In this document: positions 48,459 through 60,294 of the stretch, one piece after another
How positions within the stretch are numbered: the stretch's first letter is position 1
Layout: each line of letters begins with the position of its first letter
From: Spirochaetia bacterium
Lineage (GTDB): Bacteria; Spirochaetota; Spirochaetia; DSM-2461
Direction: 5' to 3'
Length of the DNA: 64,000 nucleotides
Assembly (NCBI GenBank): GCA_963666985.2
Contig: CAXXIA010000002.1
Coordinates: 1,376,001-1,440,000 of the forward strand
Translations under genes and position numbers: made by a program
Notes under the pieces: model-generated
Told to the model about the DNA's origin: nothing
Seen by the model: the letters and a program-made list of their open reading frames with translations, nothing else
Database searches by the model: none

Positions 48459-50708
48459 TCATCGCTTCCCGGCCGCCCACCGGCGAATCCGCGAATGCCG
48501 CACCACACCCCGCCCCAGAGCCGCATCGACAACTCCGGTGTCGGCATAGAGATAAACACGGCTTCTGGCCCGAGTAAAAGCCGTATACAGAATCTCCCGG
48601 GAAAGCAGACGCTCGGCACCTTCGGGCAAAACAATGGTAACCCTGTTGAACTCCGATCCCTGGCTTTTATGGATGGTTTGCATCCACGCCGGTTCCCAGC
48701 CCGGCAGAGCCGCGAGCGGGAACGTACGGAATCCGCCTGATTCGGGGAAACGGGCCCTCAGCCGCCCTTCTTCCCTAACAATCACTCCCCGGTCTCCGTT
48801 CCAGAGACCTCGCCGAGGATCGTTTCCTGTAACAACCACGGGCATTCCCGCAAAAGGCGATATCGTGCCGCCGAGAGCCGCGGACACGCGATTGTTCATC
48901 GCCGCTACTCCCCAGACGCCCCGGCGGAGCGGCGAGAGAACGGTATGATGTTCCATAAGGGAAAAAAGCTCGGCTGTATCCGTTCGATTGTTTTCAGCTT
49001 TCTCAACCAGGTCGCGATAGATATCGGAAATGATCTCCGCCATGCCCGCGGGTGATTCGAGCGTATGGATGCGGACGCCGTCCCGCTCATCATCGCCGTC
49101 TCCGCTCTTCTCATCCGTTTCACGGCAGGCCGCGGCCAGCGCTTCGGAATCGCCGGATCGCACGGCATCGGCGGCTTCAAGCACGGCGGTTGATGATCGG
49201 TAAACCTTAGTCAGCCGCTCGGTTACAGCCGCCAAACGCCCATCTTTCGCCGAAAGCAAGTCGCCGAGAAGAGCACCGGCCTCCACCGACGGGAGCTGAT
49301 CCGGGTCGCCGACAAGCAGCAATGGCGCCGTTTCCGGCATGGCCTTAAGCAGTGAAAGCATCATGGCCGCGTCGACCATGGACGCCTCATCCACAATCAC
49401 CAGAGCGGCATCCAGCGGCCTTTCTTTGTTCCTCAGAGGCGGCCGTCCGGGACGCATTTCCAGCAGACAGTGAAGAGTTCTGGCCGTGTATTCCGAGCGC
49501 ACGCTTCCGGCGGCCGCCAATCCGTCGGTCATCCGAGCGGCCGCGCGTCCGGTAGGAGCGGCAAGGGCCGCCTTCAGCGGAACAGGGGCCGCCGAATCGG
49601 CTCCAACTTCGCAATCCGCAGCCGCAGCACCGGCCGCACTCGGATTAACGGCCTCGGCGCCGGCGCCCGTAACCGCTTCCAATGCTTCAGCCCGCCCCTT
49701 TTCCAGAAGCCCCAGCAGCGCGGCCACTGTCGTGGTCTTCCCCGTTCCCGGTCCGCCGGAAAGCAGAATCAGCCTTCGGCCCTCGGCCAAAAGCTTCGCC
49801 AAACGGCCGGCGGCATTCTCCGGCAAATCGGCCGGCAGCGGAAACACGGATCCGCCGATCGCTCTCCCGACCGCTCCCCCGCAGTCCGCGACGGAGCCCG
49901 ACTCCGCTCCCGGTCCTCCCCCGGCGCCGCTCCCATCCGCCGCTGAGCATCCGGTCGGCGAATCACCCGCCGAATCTCCTGCCGCAGAACTCGGAGCTGC
50001 GCCCGCGTCATGTCCCGCCGCGCCCCCCCCCGCCGACAAACCATCCGCCGAACCCAGCCGCCGCTCCAGGCATTCCAGAAGCTCGTCTTCCAGCCGCCGC
50101 CGCCGCAGGAAATACAGATACCGCTTATCATGACTCAAAACCATGGGAGGCCGGGGAACATCGAAAGAGTCGGCCGCCGCGTCCTCTCCGTCCAAAACGC
50201 CCCAGAGGCCGCTCTCAAGCGCCGCATTCGTCAACGCCTCCACGGCACCTCCGATTACTTCGGGAAGATCGGGATTGAAACCCGGAACCGAAGCGGCCTC
50301 CGCCGTGTACCATTCACGCATCTCTTCGGCAACGGCGGAAAGATCGGTTCGCAGATGGCCCCCTCCCGCCTGCACCGCGGCATGCAAAAGCAGCCACCGA
50401 ATGAGTTCGGCGGCATCCGCGCCATCCGCATCATCCGCACCGAAAAAATCGCCCTCATCGCCGCCGAAACGAGTGCCGCCCTCACCACTTCCGGACTGAA
50501 TGCCGACCGCCTCACCCCCGAGCCGATTGCCGTTTTCCCGGCCGCCACAGGGCCAACCATCCCCGGGACTATTCTCGCCCTCACCACCACCGCCGGCGCG
50601 ACCACCGGCCTCCATATATCGCGACACCAAATCATCGGCCAGGTACATCCGGAAGGGTGAAATCCCAAGCTTATCCCCAATCCGCGAGAAGTCGCCCTGC
50701 CGCGTCAT
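48459..50708 (-). CDS. recD: Exodeoxyribonuclease V alpha subunit (SF1 helicase)
   Basis: [72 protein letters not shown]. Confidence 0.93.
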   Translation of the reverse strand: MTRQGDFSRIGDKLGISPFRMYLADDLVSRYMEAGGRAGGGGEGENSPGDGWPCGGRENGNRLGGEAVGIQSGSGEGGTRFGGDEGDFFGADDADGADAAELIRWLLLHAAVQAGGGHLRTDLSAVAEEMREWYTAEAASVPGFNPDLPEVIGGAVEALTNAALESGLWGVLDGEDAAADSFDVPRPPMVLSHDKRYLYFLRRRRLEDELLECLERRLGSADGLSAGGGAAGHDAGAAPSSAAGDSAGDSPTGCSAADGSGAGGGPGAESGSVADCGGAVGRAIGGSVFPLPADLPENAAGRLAKLLAEGRRLILLSGGPGTGKTTTVAALLGLLEKGRAEALEAVTGAGAEAVNPSAAGAAAADCEVGADSAAPVPLKAALAAPTGRAAARMTDGLAAAGSVRSEYTARTLHCLLEMRPGRPPLRNKERPLDAALVIVDEASMVDAAMMLSLLKAMPETAPLLLVGDPDQLPSVEAGALLGDLLSAKDGRLAAVTERLTKVYRSSTAVLEAADAVRSGDSEALAAACRETDEKSGDGDDERDGVRIHTLESPAGMAEIISDIYRDLVEKAENNRTDTAELFSLMEHHTVLSPLRRGVWGVAAMNNRVSAALGGTISPFAGMPVVVTGNDPRRGLWNGDRGVIVREEGRLRARFPESGGFRTFPLAALPGWEPAWMQTIHKSQGSEFNRVTIVLPEGAERLLSREILYTAFTRARSRVYLYADTGVVDAALGRGVVRHSRIRRWAAGKR

Positions 50709-53700
50709 GAGATCACCCCCTCCAAACCCATGGAAGAAGCCAATGAAAGCATGCGCTCCAACTCCGGTTTATTCACATCGACGCCCTGGGAGTCTCCTTC
50801 CCGCATGCCGCGAACAAAAAGATACGCCGCCCCCCCGATTTCATTCTCCCAGTCGACCGCCCCGCCCCGCCGGGCGGAGAGGGTGCGGCAAAGAGCCAGA
50901 AGGTAAATCTCGGATTGCAATCGATAATGATGATGCTCCATCAGCGCCGCGCAGCCGGAACCGTCATAGGCATCGACGCTCAGCGACCCCATCGGGAGAT
51001 TCGTTTTCCAGTCCAGAACCCACCAGGAATCCCCGGTTCGAATCAAAAGATCGATAAAGCCCTTCAGGTAGCCGTTCTTCAAAAAGAGTTTTTGATCGGC
51101 CACCGGAAGGTTCGCATCCCGCGGAACGCTCATCAAAAACTCCACTTCGGCTCTGCGGAACCGGGCGTCGATGTCGCACAATCTCCCAATCCCCGGTATG
51201 GAACACCGCAGAACGGAACGAACCAGGGCCTTCAGCGGCTGCGACCGATACCGGTACCATTCGGGCGGATAGTAGCGCCGTGAAATCTCCTCGAAAAGCC
51301 GGTCGCGTTTTTTATCCTCGAACCATGCGGATTCGTCCCCGGCCGCGGCCTGAAAATCACATTCCTCAAAAAGAGCGTGAATCAGGGTTCCGAATAGAGC
51401 CCCCCGGTCCTCCGGCAGGGGTACCGTCTCTTCTTTATTGATCCCGACTGCCTCGTCGGCGGAAAGAATCGTACCGCTATCCGCGGCGTCCGCTCCCACC
51501 GCATTGACGGCGGCGCCGTATGTTCCGGCACCCTCCGTCGGCATCGCCCCAACATCTTCATCAGCCGCATCCACGTCCCTGTCCCGAAGCTCACCCTTTC
51601 CGGCGATTCCCGCGCCCGGGGCCGCCGCGCCGTCTTCGGAGTCGTGAAGCAATCGAACCAAAGAGGTGTAGCTGTTGGTTTGAGGATCCCGATCCCCGCA
51701 CGGTCCCGGCGGAAGCGGTGCCGCTTTCGGCGGAGCCGTCGGACTCACCGGCAGCGACGGCGGCGGGCTTATATCCCCGATGGCCAGAGACACTCCCGAT
51801 TCGGGATCGGCCGCCAGATTCTCCAGTTTCGCGGACAGCTTCTCCCGGAAAACCGGAACATCCTTCCGGGCCGTAACGGTCAGATGCGGCGGCAGGGAAA
51901 GACGTCCCGCCGAAGGTGCGGCGGCGGCACTTCCCGGACTGCTTTGTCCGGTGCCGCCGGAAGCGGCGACTTCCCAGCCGGCATCTTCGGTCCATCCGGC
52001 CGCGCCGAAGGCTTGAGAGTCGGCAGTTATTCCGCTTTCAGCTGCTGAATCCGCAATCCCGCTTGCCGAATTTTCAGCAGCTTTCCCGCCGCTCATCTCT
52101 TCGGCCGCCGCCGCATCACCCTCGGATAACGCCGCATCCAGAAAGGACTCCACAGCCAAAACCGAACCGCTCATTGTCGGCCGGGGCAGCCAGATTTTGG
52201 TCGATGCCCGGGTGAAGGCCACATACCAAAGCCTCTTCTCCTCTTCCCATTCATAGGCGAGATTCTTCAGCTTGTTTTCCTTTCTGTGCAGCCTGTCGAT
52301 GACCAGCCTGCCGTTCTCCTCAAATCGATAAGGATTCTCCGAAGGAGCCGCTCGATTGCTTTTATATCCGCCGTGTAGGAAGACCAGCGGAAATTCCAAA
52401 CCCTTCGCCGTATGCATGGTCATCACGCGGACCGACGGTTCTTCACTCGCAAGCCGCACGGCATCCTCCCGGCCTTCCGGGTCCCCGGAACTTCCATCTC
52501 TGCGTATCCGGCGGACAAGAGAGTGAATATCGTTCATTCCTGCCGCCTGATTCGCCTGGATCAGTTCCAGGATATGACGCCAATCGTTCCAGGAGCGAAG
52601 ACCGCCGGGCGACGTTAAAAGACGATGTTCCCATGGCCGCCCAAGCCGCCGCGACTGATCGGACCGCCCTTCTTCGGCCGCCCAATCTCCCATATGCCGG
52701 GCAAAACGGAAAAAGTCATCAAAAACCTCGGCCGAACGGCCGTCCCGGAACAAAAGCCGCCACTGCCCGCCGCGTTCCACGAACGCATCCAGGCGGCCCG
52801 CATCCTCAAACTTTTTCAGAAGATCGGGAGGAACGCGGAAACAATCCCCAAGCAAAACCGATCGCCAGCGCGCGATGTTATGAGGCTCCTCGAAGGCCTC
52901 CATCAAAACGGCGGCGATTTCAGCTTCCGGACGGTCAAGAACCGACAGACTCCGTATTCTCTGCGCCGGAATCCCGGCACAGAGCAAACTCTCCAGCAGC
53001 ATCTCTTCATCGTCCCTGCCCCGTGTAAGTACGGCGATGTCGGACGGCCGTACCGGCTCTTCCGATCCGTCATCAGCGCGCCGCCATCGGGCTCCCGAAT
53101 CCGGATCCAGAATCCTGCGGATCTCGGAAACAATCGCCGCGGAGGCCGAGGATTTCACTTCTTCAACCTTATCGCCGGGGATATCCAACAGAGTCAGCGG
53201 CGCATGGTCATGCCAAAGCAGTTCATCATTCTTCGTCTTTCCGGCGGCCACGGGGGTAAAACCCAGCGTCCGGGAACCGTCGGAACTCCGGCTGAACACC
53301 GGAGAAAAAAGACGATTCACCAGGGACACAAGAGGAGGTTTCGAGCGGTAATTCGTCCCGAGTCTGAAAAGTCCGGCCTGTGGAACAACATCCCGGGCAT
53401 CCGAATAGGCCCGTAAATCGGTACCTCGGAATCCATAAATACTCTGCTTGGGATCGCCGATCAGACAAAGAAAATGATCGGATGTATGAAAAATATCCCG
53501 GAACAGTCCCCACTGCAGAGGATCGGTATCCTGGAATTCATCAATCAAAGCGGCCCTGTAGCGGCCGCGAAGCAGCCTTTTCAAAGAAGACCCCGGTTCG
53601 GCAACAGCTTCAACAACCCGGTTAATCAAGTCCGCATAGCTCCATTCTCCGCTGCGATTCTTGAGGTTTTCAACCCTCTCGGAAACTTCTTTCTTCGCGA

Positions 53701-54697
53701 AATCATGAAAAGAACACTGCATATAGCGTTCCACAAATGATTCGGCCGCCTCGGCATAGGGGGCCATTGCTCTCATCAAATCCGCGGCGGCGGCGGCCAA
53801 GGCGGCCGTTTCACCGCTCAGGCCGGCAGGCGGCGCTGCAAGACATTGTTCGGCGGCTTTCAGAAAATCCGAAACATGAGAGTCGTTTTCATAAAGAATT
53901 TCCGAAAGCCGCGCGATTCCCCGAATCCCCCGGCAGGAGCAAAGCCTCTCCTTTATAACTTTCAGAGTGCCTTCCTGCTTTTTTTTCCCGATTCCCTCAT
54001 TAATGAATTCTCCCAGAGCCTCCGTGCTCCAGTCGGGATTAAAAAGCGCGTCCGAGGCCTTTGAAAGAACGCTGTCCGGCTCGGCCGAAGAATCGGCGAA
54101 AGCGGCGAACGCCGCCGATTCGGCATCCGAAGGACGCACGTCCGCTCCCGGCGGGAATTCGTCTTGTATCAGAGAAGAAGTAATCCCCCCCACAAGAGCA
54201 TCGAGACCTTTGGCCTTCCGATAGGCCGTTCGAAACACTTCCCCATCGATATCGGAGGGCCTCAAACCGGCAATCCAGGAACGGGCCTCCGCTTGTTCCA
54301 AAAACCCGCCGGTAATCAGTTCCTGCTTGAACGGCGCCGAACACTCGAACGGCCAGGTTCCCAGAACCGTCTGACAAAAACCGTGGATGGTATAAATCGG
54401 CGCCTTGTCGAAATCGGCCAGGGCCCGGCGGCAGCGTGCCCTCTCCGCCTCCGGTCTTACATCCTCGCTCGCACGGTCGGACAACAATCCTCGAATGCGT
54501 TCCTTCATCTCCCGGGCGGCCCTGTTGGTAAATGTCACCACAAGGATTTCATCAATCTTCAAAGGATTCGAATCCCGTCCGACCAGACGCGTCACCATTC
54601 GTTCAAGGGCGTACGTTTTCCCGGTTCCGGCCGAAGCCTCCAGAAGCAGCAGGCCTTCCAAAGGTCCGTTTTCCGGGTCGTAAATCGGCAGGCTCAC
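50705..54697 (-). CDS. recB: Exodeoxyribonuclease V beta subunit (helicase/nuclease)
   Basis: EASAGTGKT, VVTFTNRAA.E, TIHGFC, IDEFQDTD, IGDPKQSIYGFRG, TMHTAKGLEF, YVAFTRA; nuclease GFIDL..DWKTN, YRLQ..IY. Confidence 0.95.
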   Translation of the reverse strand: MSLPIYDPENGPLEGLLLLEASAGTGKTYALERMVTRLVGRDSNPLKIDEILVVTFTNRAAREMKERIRGLLSDRASEDVRPEAERARCRRALADFDKAPIYTIHGFCQTVLGTWPFECSAPFKQELITGGFLEQAEARSWIAGLRPSDIDGEVFRTAYRKAKGLDALVGGITSSLIQDEFPPGADVRPSDAESAAFAAFADSSAEPDSVLSKASDALFNPDWSTEALGEFINEGIGKKKQEGTLKVIKERLCSCRGIRGIARLSEILYENDSHVSDFLKAAEQCLAAPPAGLSGETAALAAAAADLMRAMAPYAEAAESFVERYMQCSFHDFAKKEVSERVENLKNRSGEWSYADLINRVVEAVAEPGSSLKRLLRGRYRAALIDEFQDTDPLQWGLFRDIFHTSDHFLCLIGDPKQSIYGFRGTDLRAYSDARDVVPQAGLFRLGTNYRSKPPLVSLVNRLFSPVFSRSSDGSRTLGFTPVAAGKTKNDELLWHDHAPLTLLDIPGDKVEEVKSSASAAIVSEIRRILDPDSGARWRRADDGSEEPVRPSDIAVLTRGRDDEEMLLESLLCAGIPAQRIRSLSVLDRPEAEIAAVLMEAFEEPHNIARWRSVLLGDCFRVPPDLLKKFEDAGRLDAFVERGGQWRLLFRDGRSAEVFDDFFRFARHMGDWAAEEGRSDQSRRLGRPWEHRLLTSPGGLRSWNDWRHILELIQANQAAGMNDIHSLVRRIRRDGSSGDPEGREDAVRLASEEPSVRVMTMHTAKGLEFPLVFLHGGYKSNRAAPSENPYRFEENGRLVIDRLHRKENKLKNLAYEWEEEKRLWYVAFTRASTKIWLPRPTMSGSVLAVESFLDAALSEGDAAAAEEMSGGKAAENSASGIADSAAESGITADSQAFGAAGWTEDAGWEVAASGGTGQSSPGSAAAAPSAGRLSLPPHLTVTARKDVPVFREKLSAKLENLAADPESGVSLAIGDISPPPSLPVSPTAPPKAAPLPPGPCGDRDPQTNSYTSLVRLLHDSEDGAAAPGAGIAGKGELRDRDVDAADEDVGAMPTEGAGTYGAAVNAVGADAADSGTILSADEAVGINKEETVPLPEDRGALFGTLIHALFEECDFQAAAGDESAWFEDKKRDRLFEEISRRYYPPEWYRYRSQPLKALVRSVLRCSIPGIGRLCDIDARFRRAEVEFLMSVPRDANLPVADQKLFLKNGYLKGFIDLLIRTGDSWWVLDWKTNLPMGSLSVDAYDGSGCAALMEHHHYRLQSEIYLLALCRTLSARRGGAVDWENEIGGAAYLFVRGMREGDSQGVDVNKPELERMLSLASSMGLEGVIS

Positions 54698-57600
54698 AGC
54701 AGTCCTCCCCCGAGATACAACTCTTCCCAGGCCCGGCGAAAAGCCCCTCCTTCAAAATCCGGATTCGTCAGGAACCGCCGCCGCCAGGAGCAGTCACGAA
54801 GAGCTGAATATGGAGTTCGGGTGTCGGAAAGAATCCCGTTCCATGCTGCAAGCGCGGCATCGGCAAGGAATTCGCCCGCTGCCGGAGAGGAGAAAACCGC
54901 CTCTTTTCCGTTCAAACCCGCCCCGCCTCCGGAGCCCGCTCCGCCGCTTATACCGGATTCGGCGGACTTGAGCCCCTCGGTTTTCTTCAAGCCGCTTCCC
55001 TTCCCGGAACCCGCGCCGCCCTTGAAAATCTTTTCGGCCAGCTCCGGATACAAAGCCAGGGGCGAGGCGCTCCCGTCCCGAAAAACGCGAACCAGTGAGC
55101 GCAGAATGGCGGCCGGAGATTCCAGAACGCTCTTCTCGCCGCCGGCCTTCTCCGGAACATCCCGGGAATCGAAATAATACCGGCGCGCCGCGAAATCATG
55201 GGCTCCCAGCCGAAAAACGCGAATTTCCTTCGGCCGTCTTACACCCAGGGCGGCCCCTAAAACAACGGCCCTTACCCAACCGCTCAGGTTATGTGAAGTC
55301 CGGATGTTCTGCGAAGGAACGAACTCCAGAAGCGTCCAGACCGAACTGTCGGGACCTTCCGGCCCGTTCAGGAAACGCAGGCCGTCCATCAATCCGATTA
55401 CCGCTGCAGGCGGCGCACCGGCGGGCGAAACGATGGGCGCGGGAATAATCAGCGGGGAGCGCGATGAGACTCCGGCGGTATCCGTAGAAAACCGGCTCCC
55501 ACCCGCGACTCCGGCGCCCAGTCCGCCGGCCGCTACTTCACCGCAAATCCCGCCTGCGGCGCCCGCCGCCCCCGAGAAACCTCCGGCCGCCGACCCGGCG
55601 GCCGGACCTATAGCCGCACCCGAATCCGCCGAAAACCGCCCGCCGGCCTCCAGTCTGCAGGCAAAAGACTCTCCAAGATCCAACCCCTCCCGAAGCAGAC
55701 GATCAAGCTGTTTGGCCATGGCTTCGGCATCGCTTCGCCACTCTTCGGCCTGCAGACCGCGGGCTGCCGAATCGGCCACCGCGCCCTCGGCCGAAAGCCT
55801 CTCCCGGAAGGAATCCACCAGATCCTTCGGGACGCTTTAAAAGTTCCGGATTCCCGGTAATCGCATCGGATCGCCACTTCCACCAATCCAGGCTTTCGGC
55901 CTCAAGAACATCATCGTCACTCCGGTCCTCCTCTTCGCTTTCGAAGGAAGCCCCGACTCTCCGCCGAAAAAAGAACTCAACCGGATTCTTCAGGAACGTA
56001 ACCAAATCGCGCCAGTCGATCATCTCCTCATCGTCCATGGGAAGAGACGAAGAAACCGTTTGGAAAAAGCCGACCCCCTCATAACGAACGCGGGCAAGTT
56101 CGAAAGCCTGAAGCGAAGAGGATGCCGCCGGTCCTTCGCCGCTCATGGCGTCGAAAGGATTCAGAGGATGCTTCACAACGAGTTTCTCAGCTTCGGGACC
56201 GATGTGTTCCATGAGTTCAAGCACGGGCGAGGAGGGCGCCGTTTTATCGCCGCGCTCCGCGTCCCGGCCGGTATAGAAGAGGGAAAGATGATCCTCGGCT
56301 GAGAAAATCGTTTCAAGAAGGGCGAAGCGATCCACCGATTCGCGCGAGAGATCAATAACCTTGGGCACCCTGTCGCGAAAATCGAATCCCGGGGTTCTCT
56401 CCGTTTTCGGCCACACGCCCTCATCCAGGCCAAGCACGTAAATGCGGCGGAACGGAATGGCCCGCATGGGCTTAAGGGAAGCGCAAGTGACTCCTCGCGC
56501 CAAATAGCGGCCGCGCCGTTTCGTAACGTTCTCGGCCATCTCGCCCATCAAAGAAGAAAACGCGGTCCAGGACAGCCGCCCGTCGGTGAAATCCGACAAA
56601 TCGTCCACATCGTCGCAAAGCGCCATCAAGTCCCGGAAAATCTTCTTTATCGACAGCCTGTCGGCTTCGTCGTCTTCCTCCTCCCCTTTGCGCGGAAGAA
56701 TCCATTTCTCAACCAAAGACTCCCAGCGCAAGGTCCAGTCCCGGAGTGCGAGATGTTCCTTCTCCAAACCGCGGAAGTCCGCTTCAAGGTCGTCCATCAT
56801 TCTCATCAGAACGCCCGCGGCCTCGGCATCGCCATCCCCGCCGAGATAGGCCGGAAGCAGCTCCGTGCCGTCGCCCTCGTCGAAACAGTACCCGTCCAGC
56901 AGACGCTCGAAGGCGGTCCGCCAGGAACCGATCCTCCCGTCCGCGGCGCCGTTCTCCCTTCGATGATGACCGTCGAGGCCCCAGCGCACGTTGAGATCCG
57001 TTATCAGCCGCCTCCAGATATCCGTGCAGTCGGGATTCCGAACGGCGGGCAGGAAGCACGGGTTATCCAAAAGATCCAAAATGGCGTTCCTTCCGAACCG
57101 CGATCCGGGCAATTCCGCGAGAGCGCGGAACGCCAGAGGATAAGGCGCGTCGGTTCCGGCCGGTAAATCGGTGATGTTGCAGTTCAAATCATCCGGGCCG
57201 CCGCTTCCGCGCGGGGAGGGAAAGATCGTCTCAATGTACGGAGCATACGGGGCAATGTCCGGCGCCAACACGCCGATCTGCGTAGGCGCCAGCGTGGGAT
57301 CGTCCCTTAAAGCTTCCAGAATCCGGTCCTTCAAAACCTCCACCGCCCGCCTGGGGCCCGTTACGTCATGAAAGACCAAAGATCCGTCCGGAACCACGGA
57401 ACCGGTCAAAGGAGCATCCTCGATAAACGACTCGCGAAGCCGATACAGCAGCGGGCCCCGGCCTTCGGAAGCGCGGTCTGAGTGAAAGACCCGCTCCGGA
57501 TGAACCTCTCCATCGGAGACGTTCACGCCGGTGGCCTCCTCGGAAGATTCCGGCCAAAGGCTCATCTGCCCGAAACCGTCCGCTTGGCGGCTGCCACCCG

Positions 57601-58579
57601 ATACGTCCGCCGCTGATTTTAGACCTCCGGCGATGCCGGCTTCCGGGCCGCTCACCTCCAAGTCGGCGCCGTCACTCTCACCACCCGGATGAATCCGCCC
57701 GGGATTGTCCCAAAGGGCCGTTATCTCATCCGGCGCCAAAGACGGAACGAACCTCCCGAAATCCCCCGAAAGGGTACCGCTGCTCTCAAGAAAAGCGGTC
57801 CGTGCTTCACTCCTGATGCTCCCGGCGCCCCAGACTTTCGAAGGCACGAAAATGAAATGATCCACATCCAAATCGTTCGCCAGGTAACGGAAAAACCGCA
57901 GTCCCGTTTCCCCGAGAAACATGGATCCGAAAAGAACGATTCGTCCCGGAGGGCCGCCGTAGGTTTCCCCGGATTCCATAATGGAGGAAAGCAAGCCGCT
58001 CAAATGCCCGTAAGGGGCCTGAGAATGGAAAACCCGTCGCCAAAGAGCCCTTTGCCAGGCCTCGGCCCCGGCATCCGCCGCGGCCGCTTCAGGATAAATC
58101 CCGCCCGCTTCCCAGCATTGAACAAGAGGCAGGCAGTTCATCCCGTAACTGTAAAACAAACCGGCGACGGCATCGCACAGCTGCCAAAGGCGCTCTTCGC
58201 CTTCACCAGTATAAGCCCTCAAGGGGGTATAAACGGGATCGTCTGCGGCCAGAGCTTCGATGAGAGCCTTGTAAAAAACAAGTTTCATGCCGTCCATGAA
58301 AAGAAGGCCCCGGCCGCCTTCCGCCGGGGAACGGAACGGTTCCCCGCTCGGGTAATCCAAGGCAAAAAACCGCAGGGCCTGCTCGGGCAGCAGGATGCGG
58401 GGAGCCATGACCGCGCCGCGAATCGCCGCCAATTTCCGTAAAAGCCACTCACCGAGACCGGCGTTCTGCACAACCGTATACACCGGAGGCGCCAGAGGAT
58501 CCTCCGAAAGAAAAACCCCGTCGAACATTTCGGGAAAAGAAGCCAGACGGGATGATTGATGGAGACGGTAACCGGCCAT
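54694..58579 (-). pseudogene. recC: Exodeoxyribonuclease V gamma subunit, split by a +1 frameshift at ~55818-55839 (pseudogene or sequencing error)
   Basis: VVQNAGLGEWL, VEVLKDRIL, GVLAPDI, RWGLD, LKPMRAIPFR, HPLNPFD, FLKNPVEFFF. The C-terminal part continues in the +1 frame and overlaps the recB start. Confidence 0.88.
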
Positions 58580-58742
58580 GCTTCATGATAACCCGTTGAT
58601 GCGACAATGGAAAACGCCGAAGTACGGCCGAACTCCAAACACTTCTTCGCCGCCGCACGCCTATACGCGGCGGCACAAAGGCGGCGAGTCCCCGGCCGCA
58701 CGGCGGTTCTCAAAGAATCAAAGGAGCGCTATCCTGACTCCC

Positions 58743-59132
58743 ATGTTTACGACGGACCTTACGGTCAGGGACTACGAATGCGATCAGCAGGGCATCGTCA
58801 ATAACGCGGTGTATCTGAATTACCTCCAGCACGCCCGTTTCGAACTCGGCCGGACTATCGGCCTCGACTGGATAGAACTGGCCTCCCGCGGGGTTAATCT
58901 GGTTGTCAGGCGGGTTGAACTGGATTACTTCAAATCTCTTAAAACAGGCGACGAAATCCGAATTTCCGCCGTTCCTTACCGCAAAGGAAAATTCCGCTTC
59001 TATTTTGATCAGGAAATCAGACTTCTTCCGGAAAACGAACTCATCCTGAAAGCTCATTTAACCGTGGCCTGCGTTATCGACGGCAAACCCGCCGCCCCCG
59101 CCGAATTCGACACATGGTTTGGACACCCATAA
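58743..59132 (+). CDS. Acyl-CoA thioesterase (YbgC/4HBT family)
   Basis: VRDYECDQQGIVNNAVYLNYLQHAR motif. Confidence 0.9.
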   Translation: MFTTDLTVRDYECDQQGIVNNAVYLNYLQHARFELGRTIGLDWIELASRGVNLVVRRVELDYFKSLKTGDEIRISAVPYRKGKFRFYFDQEIRLLPENELILKAHLTVACVIDGKPAAPAEFDTWFGHP

Positions 59133-59205
59133 AGTTCAATTCCGCTCACGAAAAAATCATGATTCCGTGACATTTCCCAAACCGGGAATTAACATAATAG
59201 TCACC

Positions 59206-60294
59206 ATGAACGCTTCGGCACACCTAACGCTGCATCTTTCAAACGCCAGAAAGATTCCATACGAAAACAAAGACAAATGGGTCATCTTCTCCGATCTTCA
59301 TATGGGAAACGGCGGCCGGAAGGACGATTTTGTTTCCAATGCCCAAATGTTTCACACCGTCCTGGAAACATATTATCTTTCAAAAGGCTACAACCTCATC
59401 CTGAACGGCGATATAGAAGAACTCCAGAAATTCACATGGAGGCAAATCACCTCCTCCTGGCGCGAAACATATGATCTGTTCAACGCCTTCGACGCCGAAG
59501 GCCGTCTCTACAAAACGGTCGGCAATCACGATTCCCGGCTCATTCTGGATTTAAAGGATCAATATCCCTATCGGATGGATACCGTTCTGGAAATGACGGG
59601 TCTTGATTTCCCCATCCTTTTCTATCACGGCCATCAGGTTTCGGCCTTTTATGAAAGATTCAACGATATCAGCCGCATCGGTCTTCGCTACTTCGCCACT
59701 CCGCTCGGCATTATGAATTACTCGGTAGCGCACGACAGCCGCAAGCGTCATTCTCTTGAAAAGCGTATCTACGACTACTCCAGAAGAGAACAGATCATTT
59801 CGATAATCGGCCATACGCACCGCCCGCTTTTCGAATCCCTGACCAAAGCCGAAACCATACGCTTCCGCATTGAATATCTCTTAAACAGATACAGAAAAGC
59901 CGCCGATTCCCGGAAAGCGGAAATTGAAAACGAAATAGAGCGGCTGCGCGTGGAACTGGTGGACTGGCGGTCCCGAAAACACTTCAACGAATTACAAAGC
60001 GGCATCTATGCCGAAAACGACGTTCCGGTACCCTGTGTTTTTAATTCGGGTACGGTAATCGGAAAGCGGGGCATGACATGCCTTGAAATTTCCAAAGGGC
60101 GCATTCGGCTTATTCATTGGTTCGATGAAGACACGCAAGATGAATTCATCGACTGGGGAAACCGTGAGATAAAAATCCTTCCCAACGGAAAAATCCACCG
60201 CCTTATTCTTCGGCAGGCGGCAATAGACTATGTTATGGACAGCCTCCGGCTGCTCTCACAACCGGTGGCAAACGCCGGAGAGCAGACTCTCTAA
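59206..60294 (+). CDS. Calcineurin-like metallophosphoesterase (LpxH/PlcP-like)
   Basis: SDLH, NGD, GNHD, HGH, GHTH, NSG. Confidence 0.85.
   Translation: MNASAHLTLHLSNARKIPYENKDKWVIFSDLHMGNGGRKDDFVSNAQMFHTVLETYYLSKGYNLILNGDIEELQKFTWRQITSSWRETYDLFNAFDAEGRLYKTVGNHDSRLILDLKDQYPYRMDTVLEMTGLDFPILFYHGHQVSAFYERFNDISRIGLRYFATPLGIMNYSVAHDSRKRHSLEKRIYDYSRREQIISIIGHTHRPLFESLTKAETIRFRIEYLLNRYRKAADSRKAEIENEIERLRVELVDWRSRKHFNELQSGIYAENDVPVPCVFNSGTVIGKRGMTCLEISKGRIRLIHWFDEDTQDEFIDWGNREIKILPNGKIHRLILRQAAIDYVMDSLRLLSQPVANAGEQTL

Noticed and set aside
55833..55843. Programmed -1 frameshift at T-TTA-AAG in recC
   Set aside because: The continuation needs +1 (or -2). The -1 frame encodes non-RecC sequence and stops at 55608.
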